Positions 12,396 through 25,243 of a DNA stretch of 64,000 nt are shown one piece after another. Source of the stretch: Ostrea edulis (taxonomy: Eukaryota); NCBI RefSeq assembly GCF_947568905.1, contig NC_079167.1, positions 38,502,001 through 38,566,000 on the forward strand. Reading direction: 5' to 3'. Numbering within the stretch: position 1 is the first letter of the stretch; each line of letters opens with the position of its first letter. Under the pieces are notes generated by a model. That model was not told where the DNA came from. It did not search any database and was given only the letters and a program-made list of their open reading frames with translations. Made by a program: the position numbers and the translations under genes.

Positions 12396-12424
12396 AGTAT
12401 GATTTCACAGACAGCTGCTTTATA
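12396..12424 (-). promoter_or_regulatory. Possible TATA/Inr core promoter of the EGF gene
   Basis: Minus-strand TATAAAG starting at 12424 and TCATAC around 12400, ~200 nt upstream of the ATG. Spacing is shorter than canonical and the motif is weak in AT-rich DNA. Confidence 0.25.
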
Positions 12425-15400
12425 AAACCGGTGTGTCATCGATTTTACACACACAAATATAAACACACGTTGTTTTTCTTTTTTACACACAACGTATAAA
12501 CGCACCTGTAAACACCGAATCGTCGACCGTGCACTTCCGATGTTCATTCATAACTTTGCCTTTGGTGTAGTTTAATGTCTACACATGCAGTAAATAAATT
12601 CTGCTGATCATTGCACCCTACACCTTGAAACAGTCGGCCTAGGTATTGAACAAAGAATGATCAAGTCCTGTGACCCCCTGAATAGCAGACTTCCGTCTGA
12701 GATCAATATATTGTGTAATCGGATTATTTGACTTTTTCGTGTTGACAAAGGAATATGCTCCGTGCACAAGAATGCAGATATCTTTGTCTAGAGCATAAGG
12801 CAATCTCTCTATCTCTCTTTATCTCTTATTTTGTGGTAGTTTTTAAATTCTAGTAACACATCAATAATTACGTTTTCATGGAAATGTTTTATCCACTTAT
12901 TTTTTCAACATTTTTTTATTAATTCCTGGTACTTTTAAATACACGAGAATGGCGTAATGAATTAACATTCATGTACATAAGGCCCATTTTTGAAAAAGAA
13001 TATTTTCCTGTTTCACATTCATCAAATGGAATTCAAATTAACTATTCTGACAGCACATACTTTAAAGCTTGCAATGCGTCTCACAGTTAAGATAAAAAAA
13101 ATTATAAATCTAACGCAAGCAACGTTTTATTTGGTCATTGATTTTAAAATATATCTTAATCTGATTGATGATTACAAACAATGTAATTGATTAAAAAATA
13201 ATGTCCTACACATTTATTCGTTTTGCAACAATATATTTCCAGATTTAAATGCAATCTGTGCATCTCGCCGTTCGTTCATGAATTTTTTTTAATCAGATAT
13301 ATCGTTTTTGGTTCAAGCATGTATATATGATTGTGTGTGTTTCCGGGAACTGCTTAATTAACCCCTTCTCATTCATTAAAGTAGTCACATTTAATTTATA
13401 CCGTTGCATTTTCTCGATCAAAACTGGTTGCGAGGAACTTTGAATACGGGGGCGAGGTAGGTGGGAGTTAATTCTAATATCTGGTCATCCAGTGCATGAT
13501 AATATATGGGAAATTCTCTGCAAAACATTAGTAAGCAAAAATATCATTTACATTATATTTCCTTGGAAACGCGGTCCCAATACAGACGTTACAGGAGAAT
13601 GTAAGAATTCTCGCTGAAAATAATGTCATATCAACGACAGCTTAGAGCGATGAATATCTCAAATTTTCACTTCAAATGCGAGTGTGTACAAAATGAAGGC
13701 ATCATTCTAAGCAGGTTGGCCCGCCCACAATGTGTAATTTACATTGATCTATATATGGTAATGTCCTAGATAAAAGCGTGGGTTATTCCTGGATGCCGCA
13801 GTGATGCATAAGATCAAAGTAAGCTTAGCATATAGATTTGGCCAAGTAAAATTAAGAAAAATGAAGATACCTATCGAAGTTATTTTGGGTCGACGCATAC
13901 AATTTCATACGAAATGGCGCCAATACGTCCCATAGTTAAATAATAAACCCCCGACTTTACTCGGATCTCGATTTCTTCACCAAAACATTCAAATCTTAAA
14001 CTTACATGTCTCAATAATTTAATATGTTGCACATACAAGACGATGAATGTTACAGTGTATTTGCGTATGTTAAGTATGGTTCCATGTAACAATCAGGCAG
14101 ACGGTGATATAGTAACATAGTTTATAGGAAATCATTCGGTGATAATATTTTTTTCATATGACGCACCTTTACAGAGCTGTGTTACTAAAAATAGAATACC
14201 CATGTTTTAACCAAAATTGACTCATAAAAATGCTATATATTCTTAAAAGGTTTTGTTAAATGAAAAGATCATACATTTTCAGTGAGTTAGTATGCTAAGT
14301 TTGGATTCATTTTGTGAACATGGACTTATCACGAAAATGCGATTTTGCCTGATTTTTACGTGAAACCATACTTAAAAGATATACATTAATTATTGAAAAA
14401 AAAAGATATTTTATCTCGGTGCTCATAGTGAAATTAAAAAATCTGATATTTCCGGGGAAAATTTCCATTATCACTTCCGACACAATGATTACTCATGTGC
14501 GCGACAAATGATAAACTAAGTTGAATGTTATCTTTTTGTAGTACAGATATGAAATAAATAAATATGATCACCTTTTTATTTCAATTCAGTAATCGGTGTT
14601 ATTAATTTTTTTTTTTATTTCGCTCGGCGTTTTTGACAGATAGTCAGCTGCTAATTGTATCGATTGTAAAATGTACCACAAACATGTCAAAATGTTGTAA
14701 TACGACAAGGATGTTGATTCTCGACCAACAACAAAAAAATCATATATATATAGCATGTGATAAATTGCCACCGGGAAACGAGGTTTTTGGTGTAGGCCTA
14801 TTCCCATATTAATGTCTACACATGCATTTCTGTTAAATCTATTTTTGACGAGTCTAAAGGTCTTCTAAATACATGTAACTCGACGAACAGTCTCAGTGTA
14901 CAATATTGCGGTCATGGCCAAACTGGTACAGTCCGGGTAAAGGACTTACTTCTAGCAGAAATTAAAAGAAATAATCGATCATATCTCAACAAATAATATT
15001 AAAAATTACTTTTGATAAATTACTATCGGGCAACGATGTTTTTGGTTTATTTCCATATTAATGTTTACACGTACATTTTTGTGGGATCTACTTTTGACGA
15101 GTCTAAAGTTGCCAACAGAAACAACAGACTACAACCTTCAATCACCACCCCTAATTAAAAAAACCCCCACTGAATCCTCAAAATACCAATGATATCAGTA
15201 TATAATTGGGAAAAGGCATAGAATTGCACTGTCATATATAAAATCAACCAAAACAATTTCTCTTTCTTAATTATAGGCATTTTAGTATATTGAAAATGCA
15301 TGTATAATGCCAAATTCAGCATAAGTGAATTTACACGTACATGTAATAGCATTGTATAAGAAGAATATAAAAAATTACTAAGTTGACTGTCCTTTTTTTC

Positions 15401-17784
15401 AAAATAGATCAATAAGAGCAAAGGGCAATCACTCCGAGTGCACTTCCAAGGTTGAGTGATGCGGATATTTCAGATGCATTATTGATTAGTTTGTTATTCT
15501 ATTGGAGCATAATCATAAAAAGAATGGATGATAACTCATCATTTTTGGGTTAATCAAATATGTGGACAAGTTTCGTTAAAACAATGGCAAACTTTGGTTA
15601 ACAAATATAATCATTGCAATGTATCCGCCAATAGAGCGGCGGTGACGTATTGGCGTTGAACCGCGTTCGACCCGCGAATGTAAAAAAGTGAGTTATATGT
15701 GAAAAGTTCGAAGAAGACAAAAATAGATAGTGATAGCGTATGCATATCCGTGCTCTGTACGAAAATAGTAAGTATATAGGAAGAAACTAACGGGAAGCAT
15801 AACAAGAATAGATATGGGTTACCCCATATCCAAGATATTCGACTTTTAATTTACTTGAATTTTCACTATGCTCAGCTGATCTCTAAGAAAAGACTGCACT
15901 TGTTATGAAACTAGTGTATAGTCCTTCATGTCCGTAGCAAATACCGTCACCAGTCTTTTGTCACTAGCAAACAGTGCACACACCGGTGCTTGCAAGACAT
16001 ATGAAAAAATGGATAGATGGCACAAATACGGTACAAAGATATTTATGCTTTTTTGTCGAATGATAAAGAAGGAAATCAAGGAAGTTGGGGATTAGCAAAT
16101 TTATTAAAATACAGCAGAAAAGTATAGCTTTACAATACTACATGAGAATGCGTATACCTATTAATACAACTTATCGGGGCACATACTTTGTGCAGGCTTA
16201 ATTTTTGCTAAAAATGATCATTTTTATCACAAAATTTCCCTATCAAACCAGTCTTATTTCATCATTCTTTCCAAATTTTTCCTTTTATATCTGTATGGAA
16301 ATTGAAAGCAAAGACATGAAAAAATTGAAATCTCTCGGAATAAATACAATTGTACTCTAATTTTTACCATGTAACAAATTAATGTGAACTTTAGAATGGC
16401 AAAAACAAGAAGGATTGATGTAATCTACACTTTCTCCAAATTTTGTGTATGGTATAACCTTAACAGCAAAGAAACCCTTAAAAAAATAAATAGACATGTA
16501 TATGTCACACTGAATACATTGCAAATATCTTCAGACTGGTGACCTTCACCTTTTAATTGTGGTCTGAAGTGTTGTATACGCATTCCGTCATTGAACAACG
16601 GGAAAACCCCACATAAATTAATGATTAACATTCTCTCTCAGAAGAAATTGTATGATAATTAACGAACAATATTCATCAAAGTAATGTAATTGTTGCAATA
16701 GTATAATCAATCGTGAAAAAATTTTCAATCGAAGAATGACCTATATTTCGTGAAAAGACTGAGGAGGCAGCTAGCGTAGGAATATGAACACTTCTTATAT
16801 ACATTTCTGGGGGAAAAGTGATTTTTCTTAAAAATATTTGACTTTAATTTTGTTTTCTCCCACGTATTACATACACATCGATATTCTATACATTTGTTGT
16901 AATCCTGTATCTGCTGATCATGAATGGAAGTATATTTTTTCGGAGCAATTGTGTGAAGAGTACCTGAATCCAGTAATATATCTTGAATAGATAGTATGCA
17001 TTGATCGAATATATTAAAAATATCACAAACACTTCCGTAATTGAAAAAATTCAAATGTCCTACAACTAAAATTCTTATTTTCAAAAACTGCAATAGACAG
17101 TTGCAAGATGTAAAGATCTAAAGATCAGATTGCTTGTTGCATCTGTAAGTGGTGAGCAATGGCCATATATGGAAAAATTCTAGCTACATCACTAAGATTT
17201 AGAGCGAGATTAATATAAGCCTTTTGGCTTGTTTCTCAATCTATTTCATGTATAAGACATTGTTTGTAAACATTATCGAATTATTTACGAATAAATATTG
17301 TTTAAACTAAGATTACCAGTTCGACGAATAAGTCAAGGAAACAGTTAGAACGACTGTTTTGAAGTCAGAGTTATCTTGTTGGACTTAGCACGGTCTGACG
17401 CTATTTCAAATGAAACAAGGCGACTCGCGTAACGACTTTTGGCTACGTCCAGGCATATCCCGACCGACATAAAGCAGATATCAAACGAAAACGATTAGGA
17501 CCGAAAACATACACATTGAATCCTAGAAAAACCTAAACTTAAATTTTCGTTGATTTTTATATGCGAGAATTCGGAAAAATATTCTTCATATCAATGAAAA
17601 TTACACGAGAAACGCAGCTCTAGTATTTGGGTTCATAAGCGATGTAATGGATGCCACATTTTGTTTCATCTATGAATTAAAATGTTTCCGTCGAAACTGT
17701 GCAAAATGAAAAGGAAAGATAACGACAGTGATCGAACTAATACATGTACATGTAAACACCATAAAGAATACAAAATTAAGAGTA

Positions 17785-17870
17785 GGGCAAACACAGACCC
17801 CTGGGTACACCAGAGGTGGGATCATGTGCACAGGAGGAGTAAGCATCCCCTGTTAACCAGTCACATAAAC
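17785..17870 (-). repeat. Penelope-like pseudo-LTR fragment
   Basis: gggcaaacacagacccctgggtacaccagaggtgggatcatgtgcacaggaggagtaagcatcccctg is the reverse complement of the terminal repeat at 60561-60722. Confidence 0.75.
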
Positions 17871-18171
17871 TAAATTTACTTCCAGAAGAAACCGGTAACG
17901 CAGAAAGCGATGAAACGATTAAGCTGGAAAAATTTGGGGGGAGATGACATCAAGGTTAAGGGTAACAAAACAATTAGGAAAATCATACTAGTTATAAAAA
18001 AAAAAAAAGAATCAAAAGTCTCTGGAGGATTTAGAGGGGGCGTGGGGGGCGCACGCCCCCCCCCCCAATTAAGTTACAAATCAATGCGTACTACAATAAG
18101 AGGGAAAATCAAATCATATCTATAATAATTGATTCTAAAAGGTGAATGTCAAATACATAAAGTCCCTAACT

Positions 18172-19454
18172 GGGTACCTGTAAAGTGCGAAACGAAATCG
18201 AAACGAAACGAAACGAAATCTACCGAAACGAAACGAAATCTGCCGAAACGAAACGAAACCCACCGAAACGAAACGAAACCCACCGAAAAGAAACGAAACC
18301 TACCGAAACGAAACGAAACAGATTGTATAATCGAACTCTTTTAATTATAATAATTAAAAATGGTATCTTAGGCCCCTATTAAAGTTTACACATATAAATA
18401 AAATTCGCCTCCCCTTTGATGTAGGCTTTCGACTTGACTGATACAAAGTTTTAAAAGTTGGAAAGGGGGGGGGGGGGGTAAGCACAAAGTACATAGATAC
18501 CATGTGCAATTAGCTTCGGATCCATAAATTTCAGAATGGAGGGTTACAGTCTCACAGGTCAGAGGTCTGGGGAAACACACTAAACAAGGGGTGGGGTCGT
18601 CGGCGTTGGGTCCGCCTTTGGGCATTAATTATACATGTTTCAGTATTTTTTGCTCTAAAGACAAATATATGTATACATGTGGATATTGTGTATTTGTATG
18701 TAGTATATCAAACGATGGATTCTGAATATGTCCTCCCGTTCTCTTTGTGATTTCTGCTTAAAATTCCCTTGTTCATAAGCCTTTTCAGTTTACAAAATGC
18801 CGGCCTCCTCCTAATATTATTGCTTTAAAAAAATTCCGTTTTCCGTCCCGTTTTCAATTCCCCGTCTTAGCAACACCCAAAATGTATAGAGTTTTTTCCA
18901 TTATTGAAAGTACTCGCACCTCAGCAGTTAGAGATAAAATAAGAGGTTAAAAGCTCTTCCTGCTTTCAATTTTCTCAGACACCAGCTTCTTCAAACAATG
19001 TATCTATGCCCAAAGGCGGATCCAACGTCGGCGACCCCACCCCTCGTATAGTGTGTTTCCCCAGATCTCTGAGACCGTAACCCTCGGTTCTGAAATTTAT
19101 GGATCCGAAACTAATTGTACATGGCATTTAATCAACTACGGATATGTACTTTGTGCTTACTCCCCCCTTTCCAGCTTTTAAAACTTTGTAACAGTCAAGC
19201 AGAAAGCCTACATCAAAGGGGAGGCGAATTTTATTTATATGTGATAACTTTCACAGGGGCCTAAGATACCATTTTTAATTAATATAATTAAAAGAGTTCG
19301 TTATACAATCTGTTTCGTTTCGGTAGGTTTCGTTTCGTTTCGGTAGGTTTCGTTTCGTTGGGTTTCGTTTCGTTTCGGTAGGTTTCGTTTCGTTTCGGTA
19401 GATTTCGTTTCGTTTCGTTTCGTTTCGATTTCGTTTCGCACTTTACAGGTACCC
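18172..19454. mobile_element. Non-autonomous foldback DNA transposon, ~450-bp TIRs containing a (GAAAC)n tract, 10-bp TSD (Mutator-like)
   Basis: GGGTACCTGTAAAGTGCGAAAC.. / ..GTTTCGCACTTTACAGGTACCC. TIRs ~18172-18625 and ~19006-19454. Exact TSD GTCCCTAACT at 18162-18171 and 19455-19464. Confidence 0.9.
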
Positions 19455-20442
19455 GTCCCTAACTCCGTATTTTACATTTAAGTAGGAGAAATAAGCATTA
19501 TATCTTGCTCTAATATTGTACACACATAAATAAATAACTGTATAGAGATTCCGAGTTGATTATATTTTTTTCAATAGAAATACTAGTATGCGTTTCTTGA
19601 GAATTGCTTATATATACCTTGGTTTAATATTTTGCAGCCCCTCCTTCCCTCCTCAAAATCATGCATTAATTTTTTATTGGCTATTATAATTGTTTTAATC
19701 TACTTTTTATTTCAAAAACGGGAAACATCATAGGCATAACATGTGATGAAAAGGTGCAAGGGGGTCCATGCGCTCCGGACACCCCCCCCCCCTCCCCCAT
19801 TTTGCGGACCAAAAAATTAATTTATTCAATTTTAACGAGACTTTGCGTCGAAAAGATATGAAAGGTGGATACTTGCATGTAATAGCATCATTCAAATTTA
19901 TCAACACCAGTATATCATTTAATTCCATGATGAATAAGACGAAACACTGATATATATTTACGATATTTTCGTCAGATACAAGTATCACTTAAAATTCTTA
20001 AAAAGTATATGTAACATAAAAGTTTTGTTTAAGAAGCAGACAATTTAAAAGTGAAAAAGAAGTACCAGAAAATGCTCAGAATGCAGGATTTTGCACCATT
20101 TACCGCAGAGCTTCTGAGGGCCGCCTAGGACTATTAGGAGTAACATTTAAATCAGCTTCTTTTTTGGGGGGGGGGGGGGGGGGGATTTAAAATCAGATCT
20201 GAGTATAGGGATAAAAATTACTAGAACGCGAGAAACAAGTAGTAAAAACGAAATCATTTGCATGTGTAAACTGTCTCAAAATCTCCCTAAAATATGATAT
20301 ATGCAAGCAAAAAAAAAAGGTGTAAATGAGATTGTGAAAGTAACTAAACGATCGATCAAGTGCTAGACACCCCCCCCCCCCTTCACAAATTCCTGGAACC
20401 GCCTACGAGATGTGTGTAGGGGGATTCAATTCAAAGAAATAC

Positions 20443-20473
<31 letters not shown>

Positions 20474-20594
20474 CGAACAAATAAGTTTGACTAGAAAGAA
20501 ATTTACTGATAAATTTTTTTGCCTTATTTGAGTAGTGTTGATAAAGGTGTGTTTCTGTTTGTAAGAGGGGATGTAACTTCACCTATGAAGGCTA

Positions 20595-20773
20595 ATTATA
20601 TTGTTAGATTTTACTCTTAAGATCATTAAAATCCAGGGGCTTCGCCCACTGGGCCCCCACAAGGGCTTTGCCCTGGACCCACTGGGGGCCTTAGGGCGGC
20701 CCCCAGACCCCCCTTGTCTCTGGAATTTTTTTTTACGTCCCCCCCCCCCCCCAGAATTCCTGGATCCGCCCCT
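20595..20773. mobile_element. GC-rich hAT-like MITE fragment
   Basis: Ends in ttcctggatccgcccctg with poly-C and gggggccttagg internal motifs. Similar scraps at ~18015-18065, ~20340-20405 and ~36900-36960. Confidence 0.45.
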
Positions 20774-20814
20774 GAAAGTCATTGATTTATTTTCACAGTT
20801 ATTGCAACTATCAG

Positions 20815-21800
20815 AATCGTTTCCGTTGCATCAACATCGAGTAACTTGGCAACACAACATATTCCGAACACTTGTTTCCAATCTTCCACTGTGCCTGTGT
20901 CGATATCACTTTTCCGAAAACTACCGCTATGCAGACTAAAAACAACTCCAAAGTTAATAATTTCAGAACACTGAAGTCTCAATTCAGATCACGATAATTC
21001 ATCGTCATGCACTACTTGACAATGATGGTGTGAAAAAGTTTCGAGGAGAATCCGTAATTATTACCGAGTACTTCTTTGTAATAAGCATTGACAACAATAT
21101 CAGTATTTTGTTTATTAAGTTAGGAAATCTACTAGTATATCCGAATACTTGTCATCCATTTCCTACCTCGTTGAAACCATGAATGAGTTTACAGATGGAT
21201 GTGCAACGCAATATAAAATTCGGCATTGTTTAGGGGATATCAGAAACTTGTCGGTATATCGGTTTCAAGCATTTCACTCGAAATTTTCAGACTGCACATG
21301 CTAAAGATTCAGTAGTTTGTTGTTCAATAATTTGTTTAGAATATGTTAATTCTTATTTTAAAATACAATTACATGTAAATACAATAAATACATGTAGTTC
21401 TAAAAATTATTTTATAGCCTCCTTTACCTTACATGTATTGATTTCAATGCATGCATTACAGGACCTCAAGCAATTGAAGGACTCCACGAAAGACAAGTAG
21501 ATTTGGCAGTTTTGCGTGGACAAGCCCATATACAAAATGGGCTGAACTTGTATGAATTTGCTATCGCAAATTTGACAAGACCAAATCTGTTTGTCGAAGA
21601 CAAATATTTCGTTTTCTTGACTCCATCCCACGAGATTGCAACTTGCAATTTAAAACTGTTTCAAATATCAGGTATATTTGCCAAGTTCTCGTTGACAACT
21701 TGTCTTCATAAATCATCACGCGAGAATTGTCTTGCTTTTGTGAAAAATGCGACACTTTTCAGCGAATGCCCGAATGTTCCCAAAAGCTGGTCAATTTCTA
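20815..21800 (+). pseudogene. Decayed, intron-containing DDE-type transposase remnant (superfamily unassigned, possibly Sola-like)
   Basis: Frame-broken blocks: FPLHQHRVTWQH..HFSENY; IIHRHALLDNDG..ITEYFFVIS; EFTDGCATQYKIRHCLGDI..RNF-QTAHAK; RQVDLAVLRGQAHIQNGLNLYEFA. Order and content fit the DFSENY / xDGCxxQYK / HxKGPQD family of invertebrate transposase-like proteins, recalled from memory rather than searched. Confidence 0.6.
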
Positions 21801-23133
21801 GATATTGAAATGGTCGACGAAACCGCTATTATCGATGTTGAATCGGATGACAAAGAGGAATCGTTGTCCAAAATTATGTCTTTTGTCACAATTTATGACG
21901 TTATAAGCGTAACGTAGAGTAACATCAATGCCGCGAGCGACGTCATTTCATCAGTATGGCTACTTTCGGAGCAACACATCTTGTTTAATATTGCTTCTAA
22001 ATATTAGAATTCAGATTAGCTATGCAGAACAGGAAAATTATTATATATTCCATAACCAGTGGAGCTAGTGATAGTTTTAACTAATATTCAGGTGACTCAT
22101 TAGGCCTTTGGGTCTCTAATGCATGAATTTTCCCTACAGGTTTGTACACTCTTTATAAATTATACAATGCTTATTGATAAATATTGAGGTGAAAGGAATT
22201 TAGTGTATCCTGTAACTTTTATTCAGATGAATATAATGTTGAAAATCATGTTTTTCTGGTTTTCAGCTGAATACAATATTTCAAATATGCATTATATCGA
22301 TGAACCCCGCGGATGGGGGGAGGGGTTTACATTCACTGGTCCCATTAGGACAATTCTAGTTGATTTAGGGTTAATATAGTATGCAAGCACAATATGAAAA
22401 TCAACCATGCCACTTACTATAACGGAGAAATTTCACTGATTAAAACTAGGCTTGTGAATAGTTCCCAATGTAACCACAAAGAGTCGGGGGGGGGGGGTCA
22501 AACATGTAGCAATTTATTTATGCGAATGCTGAAATATTTAATCTTTGTGGTAAAGATTGGGATTCTGAACAACATCATATTGTTTTTCCTCTTTTAAAAT
22601 ACTTTTTAGCATGTCATTGCTACGTGGGATACATTATTAGATAATTTTTTAGGATAATCACCGCCTTGCTATCTAAAAAATAGATTTTGAAGATTTTTAT
22701 CATCCTATTGTGCGATTTCATTACATTACATATTTTCCCTGTTTTCGTTTAAATTAAGATTTCTTAATCCAATTGATAGAGGCTAGATGAGATGGACTCC
22801 CTGCCCTCAGAGCTTCGTAGAAAATAAACATATTCATTTTAATCACTAAGCGCACGGTACTGGTGTCACTTTACGTTACACTTATAACGTCATAATTGTG
22901 GCAAAATATATAATCACGAAAGCAACGTCACATTTTAAACAAATTCATTATCTCCAAGCTGTAATATCATAACTAAAGCACATGCATGACTTAATGTTTA
23001 AAAATTGAAAATAAATCTTTGTACGTGTATAGTGTACATTCATAAAAATTATGAATTCTTAGAAATACTCCAAAGTATACGTACTGTATTTATTTCACCG
23101 TGCCTACAACAGCAGGCATGTCGTATGAAATAA

Positions 23134-23214
23134 GGGTACCCGTTTCGGTAGGTTTCGTTTTGCTTCGGTAGATTTCGTTTCCTTTCGATTTCGTTTCGCA
23201 TTTTACAGGTAACC
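23134..23214. mobile_element. Miniature derivative or solo end of the 18172-19454 family
   Basis: gggtacccgtttcggtaggtttcg...tttcgcattttacaggtaacc matches the right TIR end at ~19340-19454. Confidence 0.75.
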
Positions 23215-23774
23215 ATCCCATGAAATAAGGCTTGCAATTCTTATGAATATGACCTCTGAGAAATTTGAACACAGTAAAAAAAAAATCAGTTTTGGTTTTT
23301 TCTAGGATATATATAGACTTGCTCAAGTCTCTATGTTTAATAATCATTGCTCTCGATCTTTAATACTTTTTATTAATGCCAAACACGGAAGGGGGGGGGG
23401 GGGGGTTAAAAACTCCCGTACGTTTCTGTCATCGATCTACATCGATAACGCTCTAGTGGGGAAAAAACAACAACCAGCGCATAGAAAGTATATGTAGTTT
23501 TGCGCTTTATAAATGAATAATAATAATAACCACGGTGAGTTGAAATGAGAGTTAAAAACTTCCAAATAATATTACATTTTAACGTTTTAATGTTCACTTT
23601 CATTTCTGAATAAACAGTAGAAAAGGTATACAGAGTGTTATTTATACACGTATGTTTTACTTGCGAATCGGTTAGTTTCAATATATATCATATTTAGTTT
23701 TGAAGGGGTGGTCTCGTGAAAACCGTGTGACTTTAGATTTTTTTTGTCAGATGTTGAACTTTTGACCTAATGAT

Positions 23775-23899
23775 ATTGTTATTCATATGCGGAAATCTTG
23801 ATTTGTATTCGATAATCTTGATATCTATATGCGGACGGAAATTTTGATTTATATGTGAGAAATCTTGATATTCATATGCGAATTTTTTTTATTTTACTC

Positions 23900-23959
<60 letters not shown>

Positions 23960-25085
23960 GCTTCCTCTACTCTTCTGGAGTACCAACGCATGTGGGCGAA
24001 ATATTCCAGGGGCAATCGCTCACACCCGCCAGAGATCACCTGGGTCCTAATTACAACAGTGAGGTTGTTCAACACGTCACTGATACTCTAACAAGATTTT
24101 GACATTCAATTCATTTAATATGTGACTTATGTATATATCTTTCATTCATTGGAAGGGGGGGTACATAAGATCTAACACGCTATATATATCCACCGTTCTG
24201 GTGCCTGTGTTCACATCCACCTCCTAGGGAATGCTACAGGCTGGTGCATGTTGGAAAATGTAGGAGGGTCCACAGTTTTCTCTGTACTTGCTCTTTAAAC
24301 CAGGTAGCACGCAGGAGACAGGTGAGATGCGCAGAGATCTCTTCCCCCTTAGAACGTGACCACCCGTTCAGGTCCAGGCACCTATGTCCACATAGGGCCC
24401 CCTGTGTTGCCCCTACGTTGGTAGTCAAACTGGCCGCCTCCCCAGTTCCCCACAAAAAATTGCACGCGACCCTTTCCGCCATATATGTAAATTTGCACCC
24501 TGTTTCTGATTACGATTAATAAATATTCAAATTTGTATCACTCTTGTTAATCCAGCTAGCTAAGCAGCCTATGGGGGATTACAGGGCAGCCACCCAAGCT
24601 TCGACATAGCTACTGGGTTTATTCAGTATATTAGGGCAAGGCCAACTATTCAATTCAGGCCAAATGTCTCACGGCTGGTAGTGCTGTATATTTATTAAAG
24701 TTTAATTTTAGCAGAGTAGCTCCTCTAGTTAAATTTAAGATATCCGAGGTCAGGTCATGGTCAATGAAGCTAATTCTTTTATCAATTTTTGAAATTATGC
24801 ATTTCACCTACAATCAATAATGACTAAATCCATGCGTACATCTAGCATGTGTACATCAACATTATCAAATACGAATCAAATATTATGTATAATCGAGATT
24901 TATATAATTATCGAATATAAATAACAAGGTTACCAAATGTAAATAAATAACAAGATTATCGAATATAAATCAAAATTTTCGCATATAAATATTAAGATTA
25001 TCGAATATAATTAAAATTTTCTCATATATGAATAACAAGATTATCGAATATGATTAAAGAGTTTCGTATATAAATCAAGATTTGT
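23775..25085. repeat. Oppositely oriented degenerate ~30-bp tandem arrays flanking a ~1-kb core
   Basis: Left array (tatgcg..aatcttgat, 23775-23890) is approximately the reverse complement of the right array (aagattatcgaatataaat, 24890-25085). Confidence 0.5.
23903..23958. repeat. (GA)n microsatellite
   Basis: Direct inspection. Confidence 0.95.
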
Positions 25086-25158
25086 ATAATATTGAAACGT
25101 TTTACACACCGTAAGTGTATCTGTTCAATGCTGAATTTTTATATGCATACATACAGTA

Positions 25159-25243
25159 CATCGTCGCAAACCACGGGTTATTGTTTCATTCTATTTCACA
25201 AACGTTTGTGAAATGAAACAATAACCCGTGGTTTGCGACGATG
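25159..25243. mobile_element. 85-bp hairpin MITE with perfect 32-bp arms and 10-bp TSD
   Basis: Arms 25159-25190 and 25212-25243 are exact reverse complements. ACATACAGTA at 25149-25158 and 25244-25253. Confidence 0.9.

Noticed and set aside
12300-13520. NF-kB-like motifs (GGGACTTTGA, GGGAAATTCT) near the EGF gene 5' end
   Set aside because: Imperfect matches expected by chance; not supportable without functional data.
15880-17100. Possible small exons (e.g. GHLNFFNYGSVCDIF.. near 16968-17063)
   Set aside because: Plausible splice-like sites, but no consistent multi-exon frame or recognisable product.
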